Assembly (NCBI GenBank): GCA_965603635.1
Contig: CBFDDT010000002.1
Coordinates: forward strand, 6,154-70,153
DNA length: 64,000 nt
Reading direction: 5' to 3'
Source of the DNA: an uncultured bacterium
GTDB lineage: Bacteria > Pseudomonadota > Alphaproteobacteria > UBA8366 > JADFVY01
Part shown: one piece after another, positions 16,788 through 27,500 of the stretch
How positions within the stretch are numbered: the first letter of the stretch is position 1
How the letters are laid out: each line of letters opens with the position of its first letter
Made by a program: the position numbers and the translations under genes
The notes under the pieces: generated by a model
What the model saw: the letters and a program-made list of their open reading frames with translations, nothing else
Database searches by the model: none
Told to the model about the DNA's origin: nothing

Positions 16788-17507
16788 ATGCCCTTGGACG
16801 ACCAGAAACCGTTTCACGCCAGCAATGTCCAGACACTGACCGTGCTGGTGCAGCGCGAGATCGAGCGCCGCATACTGACCGGCGAACTGCCGGCGGGCGA
16901 ACGCCTGTCGGAAAGCGCGCTGGCCGTGAACATGGGGGTCAGTCGCGGCCCGGTGCGCGAGGCAATGCGCGGCCTGCAGCAGGCGGGCTTGGTCGATATC
17001 GTCGCCAACAAGGGCGTTGTGGTACGCAAGATCGGTTATGACGAGGCGGTGGATCTGTACGATCTGCGTGGCTCGCTATTCGGCTTCATATGCGAAACCA
17101 TGGCACGGCGCCGGACCGACGAGCAGTGCGCGATATTGAAGGACAAGCTGGACAGCATGGCGGCGGCAATCCAGGCCGACGACAAGGAGACCTATTTCCG
17201 CGTCAACCTTGAATTCCATGCCGCGATTGTCGAATTCTGCGGCAACATCAGGGCCCGCGCGGTTTACGAGGGCATCGCCAAGGAGATGCACCTGTTCCGC
17301 CGCCGCGGCCTGTCGCTGATCGAGAATATGGAAGCCTCGATGCATGAGCATGAGGCGATCGCCGCGGCGATTATCGCCGGACGCGCGGAAACCGCGCGCA
17401 AGGCGGGCGTCAGGCATCTGCTCAACGGGCGGGACCGGTTTCTGGCCACGCTCGACCCGGACTCTTTCGCGAGCGGGTCCGAAAGGCGGCCGGCCGCCGC
17501 GGAATAA
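16788..17507 (+). CDS. GntR-family (FadR/FCD subfamily) transcriptional regulator
   Basis: 239 aa with a winged HTH (LPAGERLSESALAVNMGVSRGPVREAMRGLQQAGLV) and an FCD ligand domain. Confidence 0.9.
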   Translation: MPLDDQKPFHASNVQTLTVLVQREIERRILTGELPAGERLSESALAVNMGVSRGPVREAMRGLQQAGLVDIVANKGVVVRKIGYDEAVDLYDLRGSLFGFICETMARRRTDEQCAILKDKLDSMAAAIQADDKETYFRVNLEFHAAIVEFCGNIRARAVYEGIAKEMHLFRRRGLSLIENMEASMHEHEAIAAAIIAGRAETARKAGVRHLLNGRDRFLATLDPDSFASGSERRPAAAE

Positions 17508-17599
17508 CTTGATTCGGACACCGGCCATCCAGCTCGGCCGGCGTCATCAAACCGCCCGACCGTTGTGAAACAGCGGCGGGCACAGCCAGGGAGGAAATT

Positions 17600-18598
17600 A
17601 TGGCTAAAGACTTCAAGACTGGTATTTCCCGTCGTCCGTTTCTGATCGGCGCGGGCGCGGGCGTTGGCACACTGGCCCTTGGCGGGTTCGGGGCGCTGGC
17701 GGCCGAGGGCGATTTCCCGTCCGAGACCATCAATGTGGTGACCCATGCCGGCCCCGGCGGGGGCACCGACATCACAACCCGCATGATGATGCTGCGCGCC
17801 CGCCGTGTATTCAAACAGGACATGGTGGTGGTCAGCAAGCGCGGAGGCAGTGGCTCGGCGGCGCTTCAATACGTCAACGGGCAGGAGCGCGACGGATACA
17901 CTATCATGACGATCACCCAGTCGCACATCTTCCAGATTCTGCAGAAGAAGGTGCCGGTCAAGATCGAGGATATGGTGGGCCTGGCCCGCGCCACGGACGA
18001 CCCACAGATCGTCGTGGTCAACGGCAATAGCCCGATCAAGACGGCGGACGACCTGATTGCGGCCTCGAAGAAGGCCAATGGCGGCCTGAAATGGGGCACC
18101 ACCTTCGTCGGCGGCGCCGACCATGTGGCCATTCACCTGTTCTGCAAGGCGGCAAAGGGCATCGAATACACCATCGTCCCATTCAAGGGCGGCGGCGACA
18201 TCGTGACCAACCTTGTCGGCGGCAATGTCGACGTGGCGCTGCTGAACTACGCCGAGGGCGAATCGCAGTTCGCGACCGGCGAGTTGCGGGCTGTCTGCTC
18301 GCTGTCGCGCAACAAGATCGAGTCGCTGGGCGGCGCCCCCACGGCGCGCGAAGTCGGCATCGACAATATCGCCTCGACGGTGCGCGGTTTCGCCTGCCTG
18401 AGCGGGACTCCCGAGGATCGCGTCAAGGTCTTGTCCGAAGGACTGGTCAAGGCGATGAACCATTCGGTCTACCAAGGCTATCTGTCGAATGGCGGCATGC
18501 CTGCCGACAGCATAATCGGGCAAGAGGAATGGACGGCCGAAATCCGTCACATTCATGACAGCAGCGTTGGCGCGCTGACCGATCTGGGCCTGCTTTAG
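17600..18598 (+). CDS. tctC: Tripartite tricarboxylate transporter substrate-binding protein (TctC/Bug family)
   Basis: 332 aa with a Tat-like signal (SRRPFLIGAGAGVGTLALG). Bug-family blocks are present. Followed by tctB and tctA. Confidence 0.9.
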   Translation: MAKDFKTGISRRPFLIGAGAGVGTLALGGFGALAAEGDFPSETINVVTHAGPGGGTDITTRMMMLRARRVFKQDMVVVSKRGGSGSAALQYVNGQERDGYTIMTITQSHIFQILQKKVPVKIEDMVGLARATDDPQIVVVNGNSPIKTADDLIAASKKANGGLKWGTTFVGGADHVAIHLFCKAAKGIEYTIVPFKGGGDIVTNLVGGNVDVALLNYAEGESQFATGELRAVCSLSRNKIESLGGAPTAREVGIDNIASTVRGFACLSGTPEDRVKVLSEGLVKAMNHSVYQGYLSNGGMPADSIIGQEEWTAEIRHIHDSSVGALTDLGLL

Positions 18599-18622
18599 GC
18601 CGATCAAGCCACAGAGACTGAT

Positions 18623-19126
18623 ATGTCCGAAAACCCCCTGCGGGGCGGACGGGCGGCGGGCGATATGCCCGCCGCCCGCATCCCGCGCGACGCCATTGCC
18701 GGGGCAGGCGTCCTGCTGTTCTGTTTCGCCGCTTACCTGGTGACGCTCACATTCAAGGAAGCGCCCCCCGCGCTAGCCCAAAACGTACAACCGGCAACCT
18801 TTCCGCGGCTGGTGCTCGGCGTCATGACGGTCCTGGCGACGGTCATCATCGTCATGTCGTTCCGGCTGCCGGACAAGCAGTCCAAGCCGATCCACTTGAT
18901 GGTCTGGCCCTCGGCGGCGGTCATGATCGGCTTCGTGATCGCCTTCGACTTTCTGGGTATACTGCCGGCGATGATGCTGCTCTGCTTCGGCCTGCCGATA
19001 TTATGGGGTGAGCGTCGGCTTTTCCTGATCATCCCCTACGCCATCATCTTCCCGCTGGCCATATACGGGCTGTTTGCCATTGTGCTGAGGGTCCATTTCG
19101 AGCCCAGCCCCCTTGTTTTCTGGTAA
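18623..19126 (+). CDS. tctB: Tripartite tricarboxylate transporter small membrane subunit (TctB family)
   Basis: 167 aa, four predicted TM helices, positioned between tctC and tctA. Confidence 0.75.
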   Translation: MSENPLRGGRAAGDMPAARIPRDAIAGAGVLLFCFAAYLVTLTFKEAPPALAQNVQPATFPRLVLGVMTVLATVIIVMSFRLPDKQSKPIHLMVWPSAAVMIGFVIAFDFLGILPAMMLLCFGLPILWGERRLFLIIPYAIIFPLAIYGLFAIVLRVHFEPSPLVFW

Positions 19127-19144
19127 GGCCACCACGAGGTTCCG

Positions 19145-20656
19145 ATGGATGTTTTCCTGACAACCGCCGCCATGTTTGCCGATCCCTACCTGATCGGCGT
19201 CATTCTGATCGGCACAATCGGCGGGGTGCTGGTCGGCGCCATGCCGGGGCTTAGCTCCACCATGGCGACGGCGCTATTGCTGCCATTTACGCTGTCGATG
19301 GAGCCAATCCCGGCGATCTCGTTGTTGAGCGCGCTCTATTGCGCCGGTACCTTCGGCGGCTCCATCACGGCGATCCTGGTGAACGCCCCGGGCGCGCCGC
19401 CGGCCGCGGCGACGGCCTTCGACGGCTATCCGCTAGCGCAACAGGGCCGCGCCGGGCTGGCGCTGGGCATCGCCACCGTCAGCAGCACTATCGGCGGCAT
19501 TTTCAGCATCATCGTGCTGATTGTTGCCGCGCCGATGCTGTCCCGGGTCGCCTACGATTTCGGCCCCCCCGAATATTTCGCCCTGGCCCTGTTCGGCCTG
19601 TCGATGCTGGCCTCGATCAGCGGCGAATCGGCCTTCAAGAACCTGTTGGGAGGCGCGTTCGGCGTGCTGCTTGCCACCGTCGGGATGGACTTCACCACCG
19701 CCGTGGACCGCTTCACCTTCGGTTTCTGGGAACTCAGCGAGGGCATTCATTTCATCCCGGTCATGATCGGGCTGTTCGCGGGCTCGGAGTTTCTGACCCA
19801 GGCCGGCAATCTGGACCGCAAGACGGTCCGCGCGGCGATCGATGCGGTCAAGCTGCCCAGTTGGATTGATTTCCGCGGCACGCTGAGTACGGTCGCCCGC
19901 TCCTGCGGCATCGGCGCCTTCATCGGGCTGCTGCCCGCCGAGGGCGGCACCGTCGCGGCCATGATCGGCTACAACGAGGCCAAGCGCTGGGCCAAGGACA
20001 AATCGATGTTCGGCAAGGGCGATCTCCGCGGCATCGCCGGGCCGGAAACAGCCAATAACGCGGCCACGGGCGCGGCCATGGTGCCGACCCTGGCGCTGGG
20101 CATACCGGGCAGCGCGACGACGGCCGTTATCCTGGGAGCGCTGCTGATGCATGGGCTCAGGCCGGGGCCGCATCTGTTCAATGAAACGCCAACCCTGCTT
20201 TATGGCATCTTCATTGCCATGCTGTTGGCCAATCTGATGTTCATGGGGCTGGGTCTGCTAGGCGCCAAGCTGTTCGCGCGGGTTACCCTGATCCCGACGC
20301 GTTTCCTCTGGCCCACCGTATTCATCCTGGCCTGCATCGGCTCTTACGCGCTGGAACAGGCCATCATGGATGTCTGGATCATGGTGCTTGCCGGGCTGGG
20401 CGGATTTGTCCTGAAACGCTATGGGTTTTCGGCGGCGCCGATCATCATGGGGCTGATCCTGGGCGAACTGGTGGAATCCAGCCTGAAGCAGTCGCTGATC
20501 ATGTTCGATCACAGTTGGCTGGGTTTCCTGGAGCGGCCGATCGTCGTCACGTTCATCCTGCTGACCGCCATAAGCTTCGCCATGCCCGTGATCGCGGGCT
20601 ACCGCGATCGACTGCGCGCGAAAATGCCGCCATCCGCGGATATCCCCGGCGACTGA
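19145..20656 (+). CDS. tctA: Tripartite tricarboxylate transporter large permease (TctA family)
   Basis: 503 aa polytopic protein with TctA blocks (GVLVGAMPGLSSTMATALLLPFT; GTVAAMIGYNEAKRW). Confidence 0.9.
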   Translation: MDVFLTTAAMFADPYLIGVILIGTIGGVLVGAMPGLSSTMATALLLPFTLSMEPIPAISLLSALYCAGTFGGSITAILVNAPGAPPAAATAFDGYPLAQQGRAGLALGIATVSSTIGGIFSIIVLIVAAPMLSRVAYDFGPPEYFALALFGLSMLASISGESAFKNLLGGAFGVLLATVGMDFTTAVDRFTFGFWELSEGIHFIPVMIGLFAGSEFLTQAGNLDRKTVRAAIDAVKLPSWIDFRGTLSTVARSCGIGAFIGLLPAEGGTVAAMIGYNEAKRWAKDKSMFGKGDLRGIAGPETANNAATGAAMVPTLALGIPGSATTAVILGALLMHGLRPGPHLFNETPTLLYGIFIAMLLANLMFMGLGLLGAKLFARVTLIPTRFLWPTVFILACIGSYALEQAIMDVWIMVLAGLGGFVLKRYGFSAAPIIMGLILGELVESSLKQSLIMFDHSWLGFLERPIVVTFILLTAISFAMPVIAGYRDRLRAKMPPSADIPGD

Positions 20657-20675
20657 CAGGAACCAGGAATTCGAT

Positions 20676-21116
20676 ATGAGCGAATCTTTTAATACCCCCG
20701 ATATAGGCGCTTTCGGGCAGATGCTGGGTTTTCGTGTCGTGGAATGGCGCGACGGCCATGTGCGTATGGAAATGGACATCGGGCCGGAACATCTGAACCG
20801 CAGCGGCGTGTTGCATGGGGGCGTCATTTCGTCTCTGCTGGATACGGCCTGCGGCTATTCCGGCACATGGTGCACGAAGCAAGGCAATGTGCGCTGGGCC
20901 ATCACGGTGAATCTGACCACGAATTTTACCGGCCAGGCGAAAAGCGGCAGGATCACGACGATTGGCCGCAAGCGGGGAGGCGGGCGCAAGATATTTTTCG
21001 CCAGCGCAGAGGTGCAGGACGAGAACGGCCAGGTCCTGGGGTTTGGTGATAGCGTCCAGCGCTATCGCACCGGCTGCGAGGATCCGGAAGGGATTCCCTA
21101 CAAGCCGCCGGTCTGA
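20676..21116 (+). CDS. PaaI-family hotdog-fold thioesterase
   Basis: 146 aa. GFRVVEWRDGHVRMEMDIGPEHLNRSGVLHGGVISSLLDTACG is the typical PaaI/4HBT signature. Confidence 0.8.
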   Translation: MSESFNTPDIGAFGQMLGFRVVEWRDGHVRMEMDIGPEHLNRSGVLHGGVISSLLDTACGYSGTWCTKQGNVRWAITVNLTTNFTGQAKSGRITTIGRKRGGGRKIFFASAEVQDENGQVLGFGDSVQRYRTGCEDPEGIPYKPPV

Positions 21117-21124
21117 GCGCGACC

Positions 21125-22237
21125 ATGAAAATCGACCACATAAGGGCAACCGTCCACGCTGCCGGAAGCAGGATTCCGCTACTCGATCGTGCGGTTGAAG
21201 ATTATCGGGATGGTCCGCCGCGACCATTCGTGGTCTGCCGCGTTACCACCGATGACGGACGGATCGGATACGGTTTCACTGGCCGGTTCCTGGCCCGCCA
21301 GGTCTCTCGGACACTGGAGGAAGATGTGCTGCCGGCCGTGCACGGGATGGACGCTGCGGATCCGGAGGCGGTTCAGGCATCATTGCTGGCCCGGCTGAAC
21401 CCGCGCAATATGACCGGTGTGGCGATGAGCGCGGCCTCGGCGCTGGACATCGCGCTGTGGGACCTGAAGGGCCAGGCCGAGGATTGCAGTATCGCCAACC
21501 TGTTGGGCGGCGTGCGGCAATCCGTGCCGGTGTACCTTACTTTCGGCATGCCGCAATATGACCGGGAAGGATTGGCCGAGGCGGCGCGGCGAGCGCTGGG
21601 TAACGGTTACCGGTTGCTGAAAATGGTGGTGGCGGTCGATCCGGGCGGCTGGCGGGAGGATACACGCCGGATCCGCGCGGTGGTTGATGCGGTTGGGGAC
21701 AAGGCCGAGATTATCATCGATGCCAATGAGGGATTCGAGGAAGAGGAAGCCCGGCTTCTGGCGTGTGAAGTCAGGGATTGCCCGATAGCCTGGTTCGAGG
21801 AGCCCGTCCGCAGCAATGATCCCGCGGCGCTAGTCCGGCTGCGCAAGGTGGCGGGCATGCGAATCGGCGCCGGGCAGATGGAGGCGGACTCGCGGATTTT
21901 CGACATTTTGCTGGAACAGGGTGCGGTGGATGTGCTTCAGCCCAACGTGCTCTATTGTGGAGGCTTTACCAGGGCCGCGAGGATCGCCCGCCAGGCTGAC
22001 GCAATGTCGGTTCCGATAGCCAATGGCGCCGGGTGGCCGCTGGTAAATATGCATCTGATGGCCGGCGTCGCCAATGGCTGGCTGCTGGAACATCACGTTG
22101 CGCAGTCGGGCATCGAAGACGCGCTGTTCCACGATCCGCCATATCCTGTTGACGGGAGGCTCGCAATACCGGAAAAACCGGGACTTGGGTTGTGTATCGA
22201 ACAGGCTGGCCTGGACGCGACCAGGCTGGACGATTGA
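21125..22237 (+). CDS. Enolase-superfamily enzyme (mandelate racemase/muconate lactonizing family)
   Basis: 370 aa with an N-terminal capping domain and barrel metal-ligand contexts (IIIDANEGF, WFEEP). Confidence 0.85.
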   Translation: MKIDHIRATVHAAGSRIPLLDRAVEDYRDGPPRPFVVCRVTTDDGRIGYGFTGRFLARQVSRTLEEDVLPAVHGMDAADPEAVQASLLARLNPRNMTGVAMSAASALDIALWDLKGQAEDCSIANLLGGVRQSVPVYLTFGMPQYDREGLAEAARRALGNGYRLLKMVVAVDPGGWREDTRRIRAVVDAVGDKAEIIIDANEGFEEEEARLLACEVRDCPIAWFEEPVRSNDPAALVRLRKVAGMRIGAGQMEADSRIFDILLEQGAVDVLQPNVLYCGGFTRAARIARQADAMSVPIANGAGWPLVNMHLMAGVANGWLLEHHVAQSGIEDALFHDPPYPVDGRLAIPEKPGLGLCIEQAGLDATRLDD

Positions 22238-22264
22238 ACGAAGCAGAATGAGGTAACGAAATCC

Positions 22265-23773
22265 GTGTCGGACAATCTATACGAACTTTTTGAGCGCTGT
22301 TTTCCAAAGGACCGCAAGACGGTCTTCATGGAAACGCTGACCGGTGACCGCTTTACCTATGCGGACCTGGAGTCGATGAGCGCGCTTTATGCCGGCATGC
22401 TGCTCGAGTTGGGCGTTGAGCCGGGCGACCGGGTCGCCGTGCAGGTGGAAAAGAGCCCCGAGGCGATCATCCTGTATCTCGCGACGCTGCGCGCGGGCGC
22501 TGCCTTTCTGCCGCTTAACACCGCCTATACCGGGCCCGAGATGGAATATTTCCTGGCCGATTCAGAGCCGTGCGTCGTGGTCTGCCGGCCCCGGGACGAG
22601 GCGGTGATCAAGCCGCTGGCCGAGGCCGCGGGCTGCGCCCATACGCTGACCCTGGACACCGACGGTGGCGGCAGTTTTTCCGAGCGGGCCTCCGGCGCCC
22701 ATGCGATCGAGGGTGCTGTCCCACGCGGACAGAAAGACCTGGCGGCGATACTTTATACCTCCGGCACCACGGGTCGATCCAAGGGCGCCATGCTGACAGT
22801 GGAGAATTTGTGGTCGAACGCCAATACCCTGTGCGAGGCTTGGGGTTTCACGAAAAATGACGTGCTGTTGCATGCGCTGCCTATCTTTCACGCGCATGGG
22901 CTGTTCGTCGCCATCGACTGCGTGCTGGTCAGCGGGTCGCGGATGGTATTCATGCCGAAGTTCGACGCGGCCGAGATCATGGCCGCCCTGCCGCGATGCA
23001 GCGTGATGATGGGTGTGCCGACCTTTTATACGAGACTACTGGCTCATCCAGACTTCGAGGCCGAGTCCTTCAAAGGGCGACGGCTGTTCATTTCCGGTTC
23101 GGCGCCGCTGCTGGCCGAAACCTGGAATGAGTTCCACCAACGCACCGGTCACAGAATTCTGGAACGCTACGGCATGACGGAGACCGTCATGAACTCGTCG
23201 AACTTGCTGGAGGGCGAGGAAGGACGCATACCGGGCAGTATCGGCAAGCCGTTGCCGGGCATCGAACTACGGGTCGTCGGCGAGGATGGCGAGGAACTGC
23301 CGGCGGGTGAGACCGGAATGCTGGAAGTGCGCGGCCCCAATGTGTTTAAGGGTTACTGGCGCATGCCGGATAAAACCAACGCGGAATTCCGGCCGGATGG
23401 GTTCTTCATCACCGGCGACATGGCGCGCCATGACGAGAACGGGTTCCTGTATCTGGTCGGCCGCTCGAAAGACCTGATCATTACCGGCGGATTCAACGTC
23501 TATCCGAAGGAAATCGAGGAAGAGCTGGACGCCATGGACGGTATTGTCGAATCGGCCGTGGTCGGCGTGCCCGACACGGATTTCGGCGAGCGCGTGATCG
23601 CGGCGGTAAAGCCGGCGGACGAACCGCCCACCGAAGACGAGATTATCGCCAGGCTGAAGGAACGGCTGGCTGGCTACAAGGTGCCCAAGCAGGTCCATTT
23701 CGTCGACGAACTGCCCCGCAACGTCATGGGCAAGGTCCAGAAAAATATCCTGCGCGAACGTTACGGATCGTAA
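22265..23773 (+). CDS. Malonyl-CoA/methylmalonyl-CoA synthetase-like acyl-CoA ligase (MatB type)
   Basis: GTG start. Long blocks match what I recall of rhizobial MatB: GDRVAVQVEKSPEAIILYLATLRAGAAFLPLNTAY, ILYTSGTTGRSKGAMLT, LFISGSAPLLAET, GPNVFKGYWRMPDKT, LPRNVMGKVQKNILR. Confidence 0.85.
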   Translation: MSDNLYELFERCFPKDRKTVFMETLTGDRFTYADLESMSALYAGMLLELGVEPGDRVAVQVEKSPEAIILYLATLRAGAAFLPLNTAYTGPEMEYFLADSEPCVVVCRPRDEAVIKPLAEAAGCAHTLTLDTDGGGSFSERASGAHAIEGAVPRGQKDLAAILYTSGTTGRSKGAMLTVENLWSNANTLCEAWGFTKNDVLLHALPIFHAHGLFVAIDCVLVSGSRMVFMPKFDAAEIMAALPRCSVMMGVPTFYTRLLAHPDFEAESFKGRRLFISGSAPLLAETWNEFHQRTGHRILERYGMTETVMNSSNLLEGEEGRIPGSIGKPLPGIELRVVGEDGEELPAGETGMLEVRGPNVFKGYWRMPDKTNAEFRPDGFFITGDMARHDENGFLYLVGRSKDLIITGGFNVYPKEIEEELDAMDGIVESAVVGVPDTDFGERVIAAVKPADEPPTEDEIIARLKERLAGYKVPKQVHFVDELPRNVMGKVQKNILRERYGS

Positions 23774-23797
23774 CCGGCGCGCGACGCGGCCGCCAGC

Positions 23798-24001
23798 TTA
23801 GTGAACCAGTTCGCCCTGCTGTTCTATGATTGCCTGGCTAACGCCGGTCCAGGTGTTCTCCGCGCACACTTTCAGTGCCTTTTCAACACCGAGATAATGC
23901 ACCAGCGTGCTGGCATACTGCTGGTCGCGCTTGGCTTTGCGGTTGGATGCGGTGTTAGCGGGAAGTGTGGCTGTATTCATGGTTTCTACCCCGTTTTGCA
24001 A
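23798..24001 (-). CDS. Hypothetical small protein downstream of the ArsR regulator
   Basis: 67-aa ORF (alternative start MNTATL at 23980), on the same strand 69 nt after the ArsR stop. I recognise no family, and coding status is uncertain. Confidence 0.3.
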   Translation of the reverse strand: MQNGVETMNTATLPANTASNRKAKRDQQYASTLVHYLGVEKALKVCAENTWTGVSQAIIEQQGELVH

Positions 24002-24070
24002 TTAACGCCCGTTAACGGGCCCTGTACGGGGGAAATCTGCAAACAGCGTGCCAGTCTGTTTAAGAAAAGG

Positions 24071-24403
24071 TTACTCTCCGACAGCTCTCGCCTCGGGCGC
24101 GCAGCAATATATGCCGTGCAGGGTTTGCATAATGGCCTGCGCCTCGCCGCCGGCAAGCGAGTAATAAATTGTTTGTGAGGCGCGGCGCGTCTTGACCAGG
24201 CCGTCACGGCGCAGACGCGCCAGATGCTGGGACAGGGCCGACTGGCTGAGCCCGACGAGCTTTTCCATTTCGCCCACCGCCTTCTCGCCATTGGCGAGGT
24301 AGCAGAGGATCATTAGTCTTTTTTCGTTGCTCATGGCCTTGAGCAACTCGCTCGCCTTCTGAGCATTCGCCCTTAGATCGTCAACTCGCATATCCATGAT
24401 CAT
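24071..24403 (-). CDS. ArsR/SmtB-family transcriptional regulator, BigR/SqrR-like Cys pair
   Basis: HTH region (EKAVGEMEKLVGLSQSALSQHLARLRRDGLVKTRRASQTIYYSL). No ELCVCDL metal site. Cys34 (MILCYL) and Cys100/101 (IYCC) are 66-67 residues apart. Confidence 0.9.
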   Translation of the reverse strand: MIMDMRVDDLRANAQKASELLKAMSNEKRLMILCYLANGEKAVGEMEKLVGLSQSALSQHLARLRRDGLVKTRRASQTIYYSLAGGEAQAIMQTLHGIYCCAPEARAVGE

Positions 24404-24547
24404 TCAAGCCCGTCCCGGTTTCAGAAGCTAGCTTTGACACCACTCCATCAGTTGCAATATTAGAATTATTTATATTAGCATACTGCAAGTTGGCACCCAC
24501 AGGCAATCACTGCTTCATTTGCAAGGTTTTTTGTTCCACCCAAACAG

Positions 24548-27500
24548 TCACTCCGCCGCCTTGCGCAGGTCGACCGGGCCGTCCTTGTTATCCGACACCC
24601 GGCTTCGCTGTCCTTCCAGCACGCCGAGGAACAGGCTAAGCAGGGATGGGATAATGGTCAGGGTCAAGAGGGCCGACAGAGACAGGCCGCCAACAACCAC
24701 AGAGCCGAGCCCGCGATAGATTTCCGAGCCCGCGCCGGGGAACATCACCAGCGGCAGCATGCCAAAGACGCTGGTCAGCGTCGACATGAAGATCGGTCGC
24801 ACGCGGCTGCGCGTCGCCTCGACGATCGAGTCGCCATAGGCCAAGCCCTCTTCGCGGATTTGATAGAGCGTCTGGTGGACCAGCAGAATCGCGTTATTTA
24901 CCACGATGCCGATCAGAATGACGAAGCCCAGCAGCGTCAGCATATCCAGCGCCTGGAAGTGATAGAGACCCAGGATCCGCAGCCCCATAACGCCGCCCGC
25001 CGTCGCCAGCGGCACCGACAGAACGATGATAAGCGGATAGACGAAGCTTTCAAACAGCACTGCCATGACCAGATAGACGATGGCCAGCGCGATCAACAGG
25101 TCAAGCTGCATTTCCCCCCAGGTCGCGGCCAGCTTGTCCGCCGTGCCCGACATGCGCAATTTCACGCCTGGCGGCAATCCTTCCTCGTAAAGCGGGTCGA
25201 TCACCTCTGTCTGCAGCACGTTCAACGCGTCGCTCAACGCCACCTCGGGCGCTGGCGTTACCTGCAGCGTGACTGTCCGGCTGCGCTCCATATGGCGGAT
25301 TTCGGTCGGCCCGGCCGTGACCACCACGTCCGCAAGAGAACTCGCCGGCAAAATAGCACCTGTACGGGTCACCACCGGCAGGGTGGCGATGCCCTGAGTT
25401 TCGGTGACATTGTCCTCCGGCCCCATCAGCATCAGATTGATGCGCTCGCCGCCCACCGTGATCTCGGCGACCCTCAGCCCGTCATTGAAGGCGTCGATGG
25501 TGAGGCCCAATTCGCGAGCGCTGACGCCATTGTCGGCCAGGCGGAGCGGGTCGGGCAGGACGCGGATTTCCGGGGCGCCAAGTTCCAGGCCGGGGCGTGG
25601 CCGGACCTGATTGCCCGCCTCGCGCGGCATCGCGGTGCTGACCATGCCGAAGGTGCGCTGGGCAACGCCCAGGATTGTTTCAAGATCGCCACCCACCACG
25701 TCCAGATCGACCGAGCGCGTGCCGCCGATGCCGCGGCCGAAGATCGAGGGCTGGCGGACCACGGCAAAGGTGCCGGGCTCGCTGAACACCGGCTGGCGAA
25801 TGACCGGGATCAGTTCCTTGGTGCGCAGCGAGTCGACGCTGCTGGCGCCCATGATGGTACGAGACCGCAAGGCAACGAAGAAGAATGCCTCCATCTTGGG
25901 CGGCTCGCCCTCGGCCGACTCCCGCCCGGTCTCGGACGCCCAATGGGGCCGCACGGCGTCCTCCACCCGTTGGGCGATGCCGCTGGTGGTCTCCAGGTTA
26001 TAGCCGGGCGGCGGCAGGATGAAGCCGAAGACGAAATTACGGTTGCCCTCGGGCAGATATTCCAGCGGCGGTACGAAATACCAGGTGCCGGCCGCGGTTA
26101 CCGAGGTCACCAGCCCCACGATGAACAGCGCCAGCAATTTGAAGCGGACCACGGCGCGGGTCAGCCCCAGCAAAGCCGCCATGAAGGCGCGCGCGAAATG
26201 ATCGATAACCGGCAGCCCGGGGCCGGCGCCGGGCTCGCTGACCGAATTGCGCAACAGCCGCTGGGCAAGCGCCGGGATGACGGTGACGGAGACGATCAGC
26301 GACAGCACCACGGCCACCGAGATCGCCACCGCGATATCGCGGAACAGCTGCCCGACCTCCAGTTTCATCACCATGATGGGGATGAACACCATGACGGTGG
26401 TCAGCGCCGAAACCAGAATCGCGCCCCAGACCTGCCTGGCGCCCTCGTATGCCGCCTTCACGGCCGGCCGGCCCTGCTGGCGCAGGCGGTAGATATTCTC
26501 CAGCACCACGATGGCGGCGTCCACCACCATGCCCACGGCGAAGGCGATGCCGGCCAGCGAGACGACGTTCAGCGACCGCCCCAGCATCGCCATGGCGACG
26601 AAGGACGCGACAACCGACACCGGGATCGCCAGCGCAATAACCAGCGTGGCGCGTCCCGACCGCAAAAACAGGAGCAGGATCGCAACCGCCAAAAGGCCGC
26701 CGATCCAGATGTTCTGGACCACCAGATCGATGGCCGAATTGATATAGTAGGTCTCGTCATACACCTGTTCGATCTGCAGCCCGACCGCGGGAAGCGGCCC
26801 GGCGTTCAACTCGTCCACCGCGGCGCGGATGCCGTCCATCGTTTCGATGACGTTGGCGCCGATCTCGCGGGTCACCGACATGCCCATGGCCGGTCTGCCA
26901 TTGGCGCGGATCGTTGCCGTCGGTTTGGCATAGCCGAACTCTACATCGCCGATGTCGCCGACTGTGACGCGGGCGACGCGGCCGGTCTCGGGGTCCTGCC
27001 CGGCGCGCAGCACGACCGCCGCCACATGTTCGGGCGTCGCGAACTGCCCCTCGGTGCGCACGATATAGCGGCGCTTGCCTTCCTCGACATCGCCGCCGCT
27101 GATCGAGGCGTTGGCCGCGCGCAGCCGGTCGATAACGGTGGAAACGGTAAGCCCGAATTGCGCCATGCGCGCGGGATCGACGATGACCCGCATTTCCTGC
27201 TTGCTGCCGCCATAGATATTGACGCCGCCAACGCCGGGGACGCGCTCCAGGCGCTCCTGGATAATATCTTCCGCGATCTTGCCGTAGGTATGGATGGAAC
27301 GCTGGTTGTCTTCCGCCAGGACGATCCGGAACCAGGCGATCGGGTTATCCTCGGAACCCGCGGTATCCAGTATCGGCTCACCGGCCTCGTCCGGGTAGCC
27401 GGTGACCCGGTCCAGCCGGTTGGCGACCAGCAGCAGCGCCTTGTCCATATCCTGATCGACCGAAAATTCCAGGGTCACCCGGGCGCGCCCGTCCTGGGCC

